DNA of 59,851 nt, counting the filler, from Catajapyx aquilonaris (taxonomy: Eukaryota), in NCBI GenBank assembly GCA_000934665.2. It is 3 parts of 3 records of this genome, joined end to end, with 100 filler letters (N's around TTAATTAATTAA, not from the genome) between each part and the next. Parts side by side here need not be neighbours in the genome. Positions count along the whole stretch, not along the records: positions 39,872 to 59,851 come from KZ539526.1; 2 more parts are not named here. The stretch is one strand, 5' to 3'. Under the pieces are notes generated by a model. That model saw only the letters and a program-made list of their open reading frames with translations. It searched no databases and had not been told where the DNA came from. Made by a program: the position numbers and the translations under genes. Positions 48,581 to 59,466 of the stretch are shown piece after piece. Within the stretch, counting starts at the first letter, position 1. The number at the start of each line of letters is the position of its first letter.

Positions 48581-49602
48581 AAAGGGACTGATACAAATAA
48601 GCGAAATGTTACTGCCAAATCTTGGGACAGATTTCTGAGATAGGATACTCGAAAATATTGCTCCTTATTATGTAAAATATCCCTATACATAAAATGGTAT
48701 CCTGATTGTACTGCATTTTACTGTGTTTTTGCCATAATTACAGTATGTGTATATAAAACACTGCATTTATGTAGTATAAGTTTATGCGAAAAGCAGATAT
48801 GTTTTTAGAAATATTTCATACGGTAGGTAACTTTTATACGCGCATGATATCTTTCAGTGCCTGTATACGTACAGCAAATAAAGTAGTTATGATGATTACT
48901 TTGTATAATTTTTTGTTTCTTTCAATATAGGATTACAAGCAGTGATTGAGTGAGATTTATGCAGATGCGGAATTGTTTAATGGCGCAGACTACGATATTC
49001 TGCAAAAAAAAATCGTACATAATTACACCTGCAATCCCTACCTCGCAGCATCAAACAGAATTAATCATACTCTAATTTTCAGCTGCAAATATTTTTATCC
49101 CCTATGCAAAAGGAACAGGCTAAAATAATCATTGTATGTAGGGTAGTGTATACACTGCATAACCTCTTAATGGTCACAGCTCAATAATGTATAGAATATG
49201 GCGGGTGCTTTAACCGAGCCATGCAGGCCTTCGTTCATCGACCTCACACACCACGCAACGTGACTCTTACTTCTGCAGTTAATCAAGTTGATGGGTAGCC
49301 CGAGCTGATATCTTGTCTATAGAATAAAAAGAGGTCGACCTCTTGCACTTGATATCATTCTCTCTAAATTATTTATGTAGCACTATCCGAAAACCATGTT
49401 TGCCTTCCATTATTTACCAAACAATTTCATCTTTGTCATTTACTTCCATTTGAATAATGATGAGTCTGGTAAAAACACCTTTGATATATTTTTGTATGTA
49501 TAGAGAGTAGGCCACATACAAAACTTGAAGCGTGACAATTGGGTCCAATATATATGACAGGTTAGCATGCAATTCAGTTCTCTTCCTCAGTGAGTATTCG
49601 TT

Positions 49603-51540
49603 ATGGCAGGTGTGTGGTATTGTGCATCAGCAGCATTGTGTTTATGGATTTGTGCAGTGGGACAAGTGATTCTGTCAGTGGACAACGAGGACGTGCTTGT
49701 GTCTACTTTTGTAGCAAATCTTCTGCGGACCCCAGACCTACAGAAATGTTCGTTAACATTTCACTCAGATTCAGATCGCACTGGCAGCAAAACTCAAGAC
49801 ATGTTATCTGAACAAAGCTACCAGTACCGTCCTGCAGTACTGAGCAGGATGCCAAAGGACTACCACCATCCTTTGGACAAGTACAAGTGGCTGACCTCAA
49901 GAGACCAGCTGTACAACTTCAGAACCATGCCCCCTGACCTCAAGTCCCGTCTGTGGCCTGGAGGATCCTGCACCTTCCACTTCGTCATGGTAACCCACGC
50001 CTCACTCTTTTCGGACATAGTGCTTCACATGGTGGAGTCAGTGCACGTGAAGAACCTGGACTCCAGGTTCCTCTTCCATTTCCAAGAGGGAGATCCGGAT
50101 CAGGTCATGTTGAGGTCACCTGCTGACGGAATCAAGTTCAAGTTAGCAACAAAGGTCACTCCTGAAGGTCTGTCACTGTCCACTGTGTGTCTGTACTGCA
50201 ATTCGGGAAAACCAGTCATCATGAGTTTAGAAGCCAGTGATAATTTAAATGGTTTTTTTCCTGACACTGCAAAATTTATGAATGGTCACGTGGTAACATG
50301 GGTGTTTGTTTATGACATAAATATGGATGAGTCGCGTCGGATTTGGAAAGAGCATGGAGAAGCTGAGCTGCTCATTTTAGCTCGAGGATTTGTAGTCGGC
50401 GAGGACAAGCTGGGTGTAACTTACAAAGTGCATGATATTCTAGACCTGCAGCCAGACTTTGAGAACCGGCTTCCCAACGGGTCTTGGAATGGAATGGTCG
50501 GAGAAATCCTGACATACAAGGCGGATGCTGCAGTATTCACAGTCTTGACAGAAGAATCGTTCAAGTTCGTCAGAGCATCAGCCCCGATACTTTTCGTGAC
50601 ATTCAAATTTGTCACGAAAGTTCCACATGGTGTGATTCGTTGGCAAGTGATCTACGAACCTTTCGAAGTGTTTGTGTGGCTATCTGTAGCAATCAGTGTG
50701 ATCGCGTCGTCTGCAGCAGTGTATTTCATCTTTAGAGCCAGTTTTGTTAGCCCCATGTCATTCACAAGATCATTGTATTTCTCACTTCGTGCCCTTCTAG
50801 AGCAACCAATTACCATGCCATCACATAGAGCTTTCTATATGTTTGGAGCGTTTTATGCCATGTTTTGCATTGTCATGATTTGTGCCTACAAGTCTAAGCT
50901 TGTTGCCTTCTTGTCCTCGCCCAAAAAGGAATTTGTGCCATCCACGTTTGAAGAATTGATCAAGTCTGACTGGGACTGGGGGATACCTATCATAGAATAT
51001 TTCGGGCTAAAAAAATCATCCGAGCTGGCCAAAAACCCACTGTACACCAAAATGATGGAAAAGGCTGCACTAGGCAGTGATCTTCCACAATGTCTAGATG
51101 CAGTCATGTCCAGAAAAAAATTCTCGTGCATATGCGCTGATATCAGGCTGGAAATGGAGCAACCCAAGTACTTGAACTTGGATGGCCTTTTGAGAATTCA
51201 AATCTCGTCTGAGGGAATAATGAGCATGTTTCTCTCTCCAATATTTGGGTTTGGAGAGGTTTATGTTCATGCCATAGAATGGATGCATAGAAGCTTTGTC
51301 GAAGGTGGTATTTACCGTAAATGGCTATCAGATGACGAGTTTAAAAATTTCGCAAAGTATGTACTACCTAATACGAAATATTTACTGGAACAAATGGCGG
51401 TGCAAATGAACAATGATATATTGACGATGAAGGAATTGTCGGCTCCGTTTTATTTGTGGATATACGGAGTAACAACCGCTGTCTTGTTACTGGCTGGGGA
51501 GGTCATATACTTTTCTTGGAAGTACAATAGTAATCGATAA
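49603..51540 (+). CDS. Divergent ionotropic receptor (IR), intronless, copy 2 (tandem paralog)
   Basis: 645-aa ORF collinear with copy 1: LPNGSWNGMVGEI, IYEPFEVFVW, CAYKSKLVAFLSSP, PSTFEELI, FVEGGIYRKW, MKELSAPFYLW. Confidence 0.9.
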   Translation: MAGVWYCASAALCLWICAVGQVILSVDNEDVLVSTFVANLLRTPDLQKCSLTFHSDSDRTGSKTQDMLSEQSYQYRPAVLSRMPKDYHHPLDKYKWLTSRDQLYNFRTMPPDLKSRLWPGGSCTFHFVMVTHASLFSDIVLHMVESVHVKNLDSRFLFHFQEGDPDQVMLRSPADGIKFKLATKVTPEGLSLSTVCLYCNSGKPVIMSLEASDNLNGFFPDTAKFMNGHVVTWVFVYDINMDESRRIWKEHGEAELLILARGFVVGEDKLGVTYKVHDILDLQPDFENRLPNGSWNGMVGEILTYKADAAVFTVLTEESFKFVRASAPILFVTFKFVTKVPHGVIRWQVIYEPFEVFVWLSVAISVIASSAAVYFIFRASFVSPMSFTRSLYFSLRALLEQPITMPSHRAFYMFGAFYAMFCIVMICAYKSKLVAFLSSPKKEFVPSTFEELIKSDWDWGIPIIEYFGLKKSSELAKNPLYTKMMEKAALGSDLPQCLDAVMSRKKFSCICADIRLEMEQPKYLNLDGLLRIQISSEGIMSMFLSPIFGFGEVYVHAIEWMHRSFVEGGIYRKWLSDDEFKNFAKYVLPNTKYLLEQMAVQMNNDILTMKELSAPFYLWIYGVTTAVLLLAGEVIYFSWKYNSNR

Positions 51541-52917
51541 GCAATCCACTTGGTTTATTCTTGGGTCCTAAAAGCAATCACCTCCCTATTACATTTATCT
51601 ACACAGAGATCCTTCAAATATGGTCAAGTTCCTTTGACGGCAAATAAATATGAATTGTTGACACATGCTGAAATTGTTGTCAAAATTTTTCATGTTTTAA
51701 TTAACATCAACGAAGTCGAGGCACAGTAGATTTCTCTAGTCAGCAGTAACAATAGATGGTGGTCAGGTTGGAATTATTAATACTTTAATCCTGCAGGGGG
51801 ATTTTTATTTGCACAATTTTTGGGCAGAAGCACTGAAAAAATAGAAAGTGGTTGTGAGCCAGCTTTCCTGGAATTACTTGGGTAAATCTGGAAGAAAACT
51901 CCTAGTTAGGATGGCCATCCCCAGGACTTAAAACCCAATACCATAATATGTAAGTGATTCACGTCAAATGGCATAACTATTTCCCATTGCATGTGATCAT
52001 CTACAAGGTACAGTACAGTGTTCAAACCTGAAACAAGTTTTTGGTACTCACTCAGTATTTTCTTGTATCTACAAGTCCTTGGCATAATTATTTTTTTCCA
52101 TGTGGCCATTCTTGCACGATGATCCCTACTCCAATTACTACGTGCATTCCTGAGACACATGCATTATTCAAAACACTTCACAGTACAAATGTAGAAAAAC
52201 AGAAAATAGAGGCAATTACACACTTTTCCTGTTACTGAATTTAATACAGCACATACTAATCATATGCAAGAGTGCACTGACATTCCATGTAACAAAAATA
52301 TTTCACTGTTGAGGACTGCTAAACCACACGAAACCATTAAAATGTTTGGTATAATTCTGTGTTCTGAATCTAGCCCTGACATCTCCATTTCAGAGACAGA
52401 CATTTGATGAATTTCATCACTTTCACAAGTGCATATGGAAGAAATGAAGTTCTGTATAGTAAATCAATAATGCAGTGGACAGCAGTCCTGTCACATTCTT
52501 TTCCAGAATATGCAGCACAGTTGTCATCATCTATTCTGGAATCTGCACTCTACTGCACAAGCCAACGAAGTCTGAAATGCAAATTATGTGAGAAAGGTGG
52601 TCGCGCCAAGGTAATCATAGAAAACAATAAAAATTTGAGCGAACTTTAGGAACCCATGCCAACCTCCTGGTATGCACCAATGTGCTCAGCCTAGGTACAA
52701 GAAAGAACATAATCAGCATAATGATCCATACATGTTTTAAGTACATGCACAGAGAGGAAAGAATGAGAGCACACTGCCCGGAGAAGGTGCTACCATGTGC
52801 ATGGCTACTAATTTCTAAGGATAATAACCCAAATGTTTAGCGTCATCTGTGTTGGTACTGCCTACAGGTTGTATACACTTCCACATTTTCACACTCATAC
52901 TTTTTCGTCTTGCACTG

Positions 52918-53246
52918 GGGAGCTGAATGACTTGCAGTGGATGGCTATTATCTGCTATTATGTAATGCAGGCTATGATGACATGGAAGGGAATCTACGGG
53001 TCATGTCTATACCTTCTTTTGCGCATGTTTAATTTTTCCAGAAAATTTTTAGATGCATTGTGGAAAGTTGAAGGAAATGCAAATAATCTTGCATCATATG
53101 CTAATTTTATTGATACCTTACAAATGATAAGTTATGGTTACAAAAGGTGCCCAAGACTTAGCTACATCTACATGTGGAAAGAGGCCATATCACAAAAAAA
53201 AAATTAAAATATTTTTTCTGTGTCTGTGTTTCAAAGTTTGGGCATA
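52918..53246 (+). repeat. Dispersed repeat, copy A (homologous to 59467-59851)
   Basis: Collinear shared blocks GGAGCTGAATGACTTGCAGTGGATGGCTATTAT, GGAAGGGAATCTA, TCTTGCATCATA..CTAATTTTATTGAT, AAGTTATGGTTA and AAGACTTAGCTA. Confidence 0.8.
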
Positions 53247-54838
53247 TTTACTCGTAAATACCAGGGACTAAAGTGACCATTGCAACTGAAGATAATGTCA
53301 GACACATTGTTCTGATAGTGGTTGAGACAGCCACACAGAATAAAAGCACCTATTGACATATATCATTCAGATATCAATGCAGACATCTGTAACATCACAC
53401 CACGAGTCATTACAGTCTCATGATGGTGTGATGCAGACAGTCACAGGAGTATACAGAGGCAGCCCAACTATTTATCGATTTAAAATAAGTACCGTTTCAC
53501 AATTTTATACCCATTTCATACCCATCTGGGATTCCCTAATAATGTTACCATTAGTAATGTCTGTGTCATATAGCAACCTGAAGATGGACGAAATCCAGAG
53601 TGGCAGAAGCAGGAGGCCAGCAGAACCTTAGCAGGAAGACAAAAAACTCACCCAAATATAGGGTAATCAATTTTGAGATGCTATTTTCAACGTCACCTAT
53701 TACAGGTACAGTACCAGCATTGCATTTTGATTCAGCGCAAGTTCCTTTTTGCAGTTACCTATCATGGGGAAATTACCTTTTGGACAATTCCATTACTGGT
53801 TGGTGTGCCTCATGAAGGTGATCTTACCTTCAGCTAAATTGTTTGTTGGTTGCACATACACTTACGAACACATCATACTGTGGTACGAGTTGTACATACA
53901 TTTACGAACCCATCACACTGTGGTCACAACCAATACGTACACCCATAACTTTCTACGTATATGTCAATGATTGGCTTCTGAATTATTTTTTCCAAAAAAA
54001 TTACAAAACATGATACTCGTAAGTGTCGATCCCAAAAGTTACGGAGTTACCTGTCACTGGATTCATGGATAGGTTAGGATCGGATATTCAGGCGGCGCAC
54101 CTGCTGGCCCAAATATCATTTCCTACCACCGGGTGTATACTCAGGTGGCGCTAGCCTGCTGCCCCAAGTATGACCCCCAGTCGGTTACCTATGCACCAAT
54201 GGACCCTATCTGAAATCACACACAAGTGCTCAATTCAAATCAGGGCCGACAAGTCAGTCAGTCGGTCGGTATCTATAGTCTCAGGGGGAGAGCACTCCGG
54301 AGAGGTCCTTCCCCTTTGACCTCTGCCAACTGACTGCCTGACCGAGCCGGCTGTCGCTTTATTTACACCTCGGTTTGTTTGTCAGCGTCGTGGGCAACAC
54401 GTGTTTCCAACTAACATCTCCATGGAGTTTGATACACAGCAACCGGAAACATGGTTACACCACTACAACAACCATACATTAAACAAGACAATCTTACCAA
54501 TTGGTAAGGAACATAATACAAAATCTACTAATGAAAAAGAGACATTACACAAGTTAGGTGTAGTAGGTGGCATTGTCATTAGTCAATCCAGTTGTCTATA
54601 TTTTATTTGGAATAAATTGACTGCACAACATTATGAACAAGTCAAAACAGTATTTCCTTTTTCTTCCATCCACAACCTTGACTGATAATAATCCACATGA
54701 ACTTTGTAAGTAACTTTAGACAATAAAATTATAACCACACCCAAATTGTAAATCTAACAGTAACCCTCGTCAGGACAATATATATGGGTGTCAGTCTGGG
54801 GCATGGAACCACTGAAAAGTTCTACCCCAACTTGCAGT

Positions 54839-57800
54839 TCATGTGTTTCCAGCATGTACTTTTGCATGAAAGGAGAGTGCAGTCAGGGTAGGAAACATCA
54901 GATTACATACTTTACAAGCAATAGGCTTGTCAGCCATGTGTGACATTTTGTGGGCTTGCAAATTAGTTCGAGAACAGTATGATTTGTCGCATATGTTGCA
55001 TGTAAATGACTTTTTACCTGAATGTATCCTCATATGTGCCATTAATGCAGAATGTTGCAAAAACACTTTGCCACACAATTCACAGATGGCTGTCTTCTTC
55101 TTGGTGTGCACTGTGGCATGCTCCAGCAATTGAGAAACACTTTGAAACATCTGTTTGCAGGTAGGGCAAGTCACAGTGTTTCCTGAAGATAAATTCGCAA
55201 GGGGGTCCTGAGTCTCTGTGGTACTAGTTGATGCAACCAGCACTATTTCCATCTCTTCTTCTCTAGGCATTGCTAATGAAGTCTTGGCTGGATTTGCGGT
55301 CTGCAAATAATAATAACAATGAAAGAATTTTGATGCATATAGTGTGGAGAAGAGTTGCTTACCTGCTCTGAACAAGTTGCTAATGCATGCACTGTTGAAA
55401 AGTTGTTTTTGTCAACTTGCCCCACCAGATCTTCTCCGCTATTTGTGGAATATTCATCAGAGCCATCCTCCAAATAGCTCATGGAATCATCTGGTTCTAT
55501 TTTACAGTTCACCTTATAAGGAAGATTTAAAAAAAAATTACTTCAGAAAGTTCTAACACCTGAAAGCTGCCTACATGAACAATTAGCAAAAAATAACCCC
55601 TGGATTGCAAACAAGTACATCATATATTACCATACATTGCATCCATTTCCATACTTTCCCTTCCCTGAATCGAAATGTTGATTTGATTTCTAAAAATGTT
55701 TGTGGCATACATAAATACGTAAGCAAGAGATGAAGTAAAAGTTAGAACACGAGAGGCATTACCATTTCTATTTCTGGCATCTCTAATTCTTCCTGGCCAG
55801 AAAGGCTTCCCCCAGACTCAATGTGTGGACCTTGTGGCACATCATCTATTGGGGAAGCTTCTGATGGAAATATTTCAGCATCTGACTTGTCATTTCCACT
55901 GGGAATACCTACAGTACACGAAATATTGTATGTTAAAAAAGTATTTACCACAAATTGGCATTCACTTACCAATGGTAGAATTATTCTTACTGGCTCCAGA
56001 AGTATCTTCTACCTCAGCAACACGTTTCTAAAAGTATACAAAGTATCAGTAATGATCCAGAATTTACAAAATTTTTGGATGATATCTCCACATAATACTT
56101 CTCACAAGTACATATTGCATCGAAGTTAACACCTAGGGAAAACAGATCAACGAACATTACTAGAGAACGGATTTCTAGCTTTTTACCTACTTTTCCTTCT
56201 GTAGGCAGAACACCGGAACCAAAATATCTATCCATTTTATAACACAAGGACCTCTAAAATTGTATTTTATAGTTAACCTATAATTGCCTATTTCGGGCAT
56301 TGGGGCCTAAGTGGCCTATTAGTGCCTATTTTCACCTTTTTGACGCCATTCCGTAAGATTTTCGAGAGTTTCGTGGAGAGGTCCGTTCAAGGAATCCTTC
56401 CCACTTTAACCCGTGATGGGTGAAGAAGCCATAGGCATGCCAGAGGAATTGACTGTCGATGACATTTCACTTTTCAAGTATATGATCCAGTTACTTCCTG
56501 TGACATCAAAATGTCATTTTCAGCAAATAAAGATGTATTTTCAGACACCAAATAATTGCCATTAATCAACGAAAATATGCAACAACTATTAGTTTGTTAC
56601 TGTGCTACAAAATTCCATGCCCAAGAGTATGCTGTAATGTTGCATAGGAATGAAAATAAATTAGGACCTGCTTGATTTTTAGTGCCTATTTAAGAGCCTA
56701 TTTTGACTGTTTTCAGGTCCTAAATGCCTACCTGTTTGAGGGTTTTTCAGAACCTAAAAATCCGTTCTTTAAACATTACCATATATTAAAGAATTGTGGC
56801 CAAAAATCTAACATATACCGTATTACCTCACATAAAGCGGCATGCCGGTGTAGCCGAGGTCGACAAGTTTTTAGAAATGCACGTTCTGGTGGCTATACCG
56901 GCATGCCGGTATAGGGCGAGGTATGTTGGTATAAGGTGAGGTTTTCATATGATACATTATCCTTTCTAAACTCGACATTTGCCTGAAAATCGAAATTCAC
57001 GTAAAGGCTATGGAAAAGGCACATTTTCCAAATAGGGTACCCGTACCATATATTGTTTTCAATTGCAGTGTTTGGCAATAATCTCTATTTAAACAATAGG
57101 TTAGAGCAGGGGGTTCCCCTGTCAAAGCAGGCTGACGATGGGATTGGTCATACGCTCTACATTTTTTAACGCACTGTGCAATAGAACTGACATATTCTCA
57201 CACCCTGTATACTCGCCCATTTTCATTGTAACATTATTTTAGTATGGTACCAGAAGCATTACAAAAAATTTGGCAAGGATCAAAATTACGGAAATCTACC
57301 TCGGTTATTGCATGCTGGCAACCCCTGGGTTATACCGGCATACTGGTCGACTTCGTTTTATATCGGCATGCCGCTTTATGTGAGGTAATACGGCAACATC
57401 TCTTTTGGCAAATTATTTTACATGTATAACATATATCATGATCTACTCTGACAGAGATGTAGCATAGTCATCATCACCTCTGGTTCATGTAATCATGGTA
57501 GATCTCATTTACTACTTCCTTTACGTTTCTTAGATTGAAAAACTAGATCTGCATGAGGTACAAAACCATATTTAGAGCCAGCATGTACAGTGTTGGACAT
57601 AAATCGAGGCATACTCCTAGCGACATTTTCCACAGCGGCAGAAGAAGGAATCTTGCTCGCCCAGCTTGTAAGTATGCTTATCTCCGATTCCTTCTTCTGC
57701 CGCTTCGGAAAATGTCGCTAGCCACCAATGCCTCGAATGCCTCGATTAATGTCCAACACTGTACTATAATGAACCTAGATCCCTTCCCTGTAGCACAATA

Positions 57801-58698
57801 CAGTAAAACTTCTATAAGTCGAATCTCCATGGGAGTTTATTTCCTGTTATTTTACATTGTGATTGTTGCATACTGGTGCAACCAAGCTCATAATTTACTT
57901 CAACTTAGGGAAGTTTGACTGTATTGTAACCCACTTTGCCTTGCAATGAACAGGATTTTGACATGTATAATTATGTTCTGATGCACAAAAGTTTCATCCA
58001 GCCAGTATATCTCAGAAACTGGATATCTCATCAGTATGCTTCACATGTTCCGGAGATATATGGTCCGGAGGGTTACCACATCACTCCGTTCCATAAGCAC
58101 CTTGCGGCCTTCAGGTGTGCGTGAGAACTTCAAACCCATGGAGAGCATGACCTGCCGCATAGACGTCCTGCCTCCTTTCCACCCTGTACTCCTCTGGAAG
58201 GCCTCTCGCAGGCGTTCAATAGTTGGTGGAGTGTTCTGCACCATCATGTCATGGTACAGTCTCCGCAACAAATCTTTGTCGAAACTGTCGGCCTGTGTGA
58301 CAGGACTCCCCCTCTTGTGGTGTTTACCTGTCAACAGGAATATTCATTATGTATTTATTACACGACATAGTACGGTTTCCACCTTTCGCAGTGGCAAGCG
58401 GCACCTACACACAGGGGCATGCATGCAGAACATGAGAAGCAAGTTTTATACCTGGGGTGGTAAAATTCGGCGCTTCCTTCGCTATCCTCGAGACCATGTA
58501 GTAATTTACACCCGTGGCATCAGCTGTCCTTTGAGTGGCTCTGGCAACGTCGCAGAGGGGCCCACCGGCCTCTTTCTCTCTCTTGAAGTATGTGTACACC
58601 CGATTGATCACTTCTCGGGTTTGGCCTGTCAAAATCCTCCTAGGGTTATCGCCTACCTCCTCAGAGGGACCCAACCCAAGTTTGCCGCTCTCCGACAT
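54839..58698 (-). CDS. Predicted transposase-derived DNA-binding domain fused to 4 C2H2 zinc fingers (about 437-446 aa); exons 58698-58452, 58327-58077 (or 58101), optional 56132-56106, 56027-55970, 55908-55763, 55512-55363, 55300-54839
   Basis: The last exon has four C2H2 fingers (CPTC..HATVH, CELC..HMRIH, CNIC..HKMSH, CKVC..HAKVH), preceded by acidic linker exons. The first two exons encode QTREVINRVYTYFKREK..ATQRTADATGVN..VSRIAKE and GLKFSR..RKVLMERSDV, typical of arthropod DDE_3/ITm transposase N-termini. All junctions are GT-AG and phase-compatible. The splice joining the two halves is inferred. Confidence 0.75.
56161..56771 (+). mobile_element. hAT internal-deletion derivative retaining a transposase C-terminal dimerisation remnant
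   Basis: TIRs TAGAGAACGGATTTCTAG / TAAAGAACGGATTTTTAG. 8-bp TSD AACATTAC at 56153-56160 and 56772-56779. GCCTA subterminal repeats. Remnant PVTSCDIKMSFSANKDVFSD..ENMQQLLVCYC at about 56486-56603. Confidence 0.88.
56818..57393. mobile_element. pogo-like MITE with CCGTA termini
   Basis: TIR CCGTATTACCTCACATAAAGCGGCATGCCG is perfectly inverted at both ends. TA on the left, CA (probably mutated TA) on the right. Confidence 0.85.
57588..57761. mobile_element. Tc1/mariner-type fold-back MITE
   Basis: TIRs CAGTGTTGGACAT..ATCGAGGCAT and an almost fully palindromic body. TA duplicated at 57586-57587 and 57762-57763. Confidence 0.9.
57801..57921. mobile_element. pogo/Tigger-like MITE (121 bp)
   Basis: TIRs CAGTAAAACTTCTATAAGTCGAA / CAGTCAAACTTCCCTAAGTTGAA; TA on both sides. 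Confidence 0.85.
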
Positions 58699-59466
58699 GG
58701 CAAGGTGCAGAAATCTGCTTCGAAATCACGTATTGACCGATCTACAAAGACGCAGTGAACGACGCCATCTGGAAAAGGTGCGTTCGGTTTGCTGGCACGA
58801 ATAACAGCGAGTCGGTGCATTCATGTGGCTGCGTTCAGCGCCACCTTTTAAATACAATCAAAGCCACTTTGCAGGTTGCAAAAATGATTAATTGCATGCA
58901 AAAAAAAAAACGGAGATTGAGTGCAGAAAAAAATGATGGTGCCGTGTCTGCCCGTATTGGGCGGGTTCCCCCCGGTGTCCCCCTCCCAGGCGCGATCCCA
59001 CTGCTGCCCAGCGCGGGCACGGTTGTTAGAGTATATCCTTCCTATGGTTGGACCGTCCGGCTAGTGGGCGGTGATTGGTGGANCTGGGGGCGGTGGGCTC
59101 CCCCTCCGCCCCCATGTTGGCGCGGGGCTCAGTGCGGACGCCCGGTCTGCGAGGGTCAGGCCGAGGAGATGGGGCCCCGCCCTCAGGGCATCCTCCGGCA
59201 CCGGCCTCCCAGTCGCGGGATCACAGGAGAAAGCCAACTCTCCCAGCCGATGGACAGGGCGCCAAATTGGGCTATTTATGCTGCCTTGCTCCAGGCCGAG
59301 GAGGAGGAAGGGCGGGGATAATTATGTAATATTGTCAGCATTACTTATGAACGACAATGAAAGAAAAACGAACATCTGTTGTCTTGGGTCGTACTTGGGA
59401 CTGTTGTGTTTCCGTGACATTGTATAAGCACAAAGTAGATACTTTTCATTGAATATATTGCTTCAT

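Larger units (their letters stand above)
57481..58076 (-). pseudogene. Fossil catalytic (DDE) half of the captured transposase, interrupted by two MITEs
   Basis: In frame after exon 2: VTLRTIYLRNM*SILMRYPVSEIYWLDETFVHQN... After removing the MITEs: ..SGLQYCATGKGSRFIIVHAGSKYGFVPHADLVFQSKKRKGSSK*, then a frameshifted YHDYMN. Confidence 0.85.

Noticed and set aside
54052..54399. Possible solo LTR (TGTCAC...CAACA)
   Set aside because: No matching target-site duplication and no second copy in the window.
58036..58758. 240-aa plus-strand ORF
   Set aside because: Antisense shadow of the transposase-derived exons, with no recognisable motifs.
58755..59427. GC-rich ORFs upstream of the fusion gene
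   Set aside because: Low-complexity Pro/Gly/Arg translations expected from GC-rich DNA, containing an N and no domain. More likely promoter or TE sequence, but unassigned.
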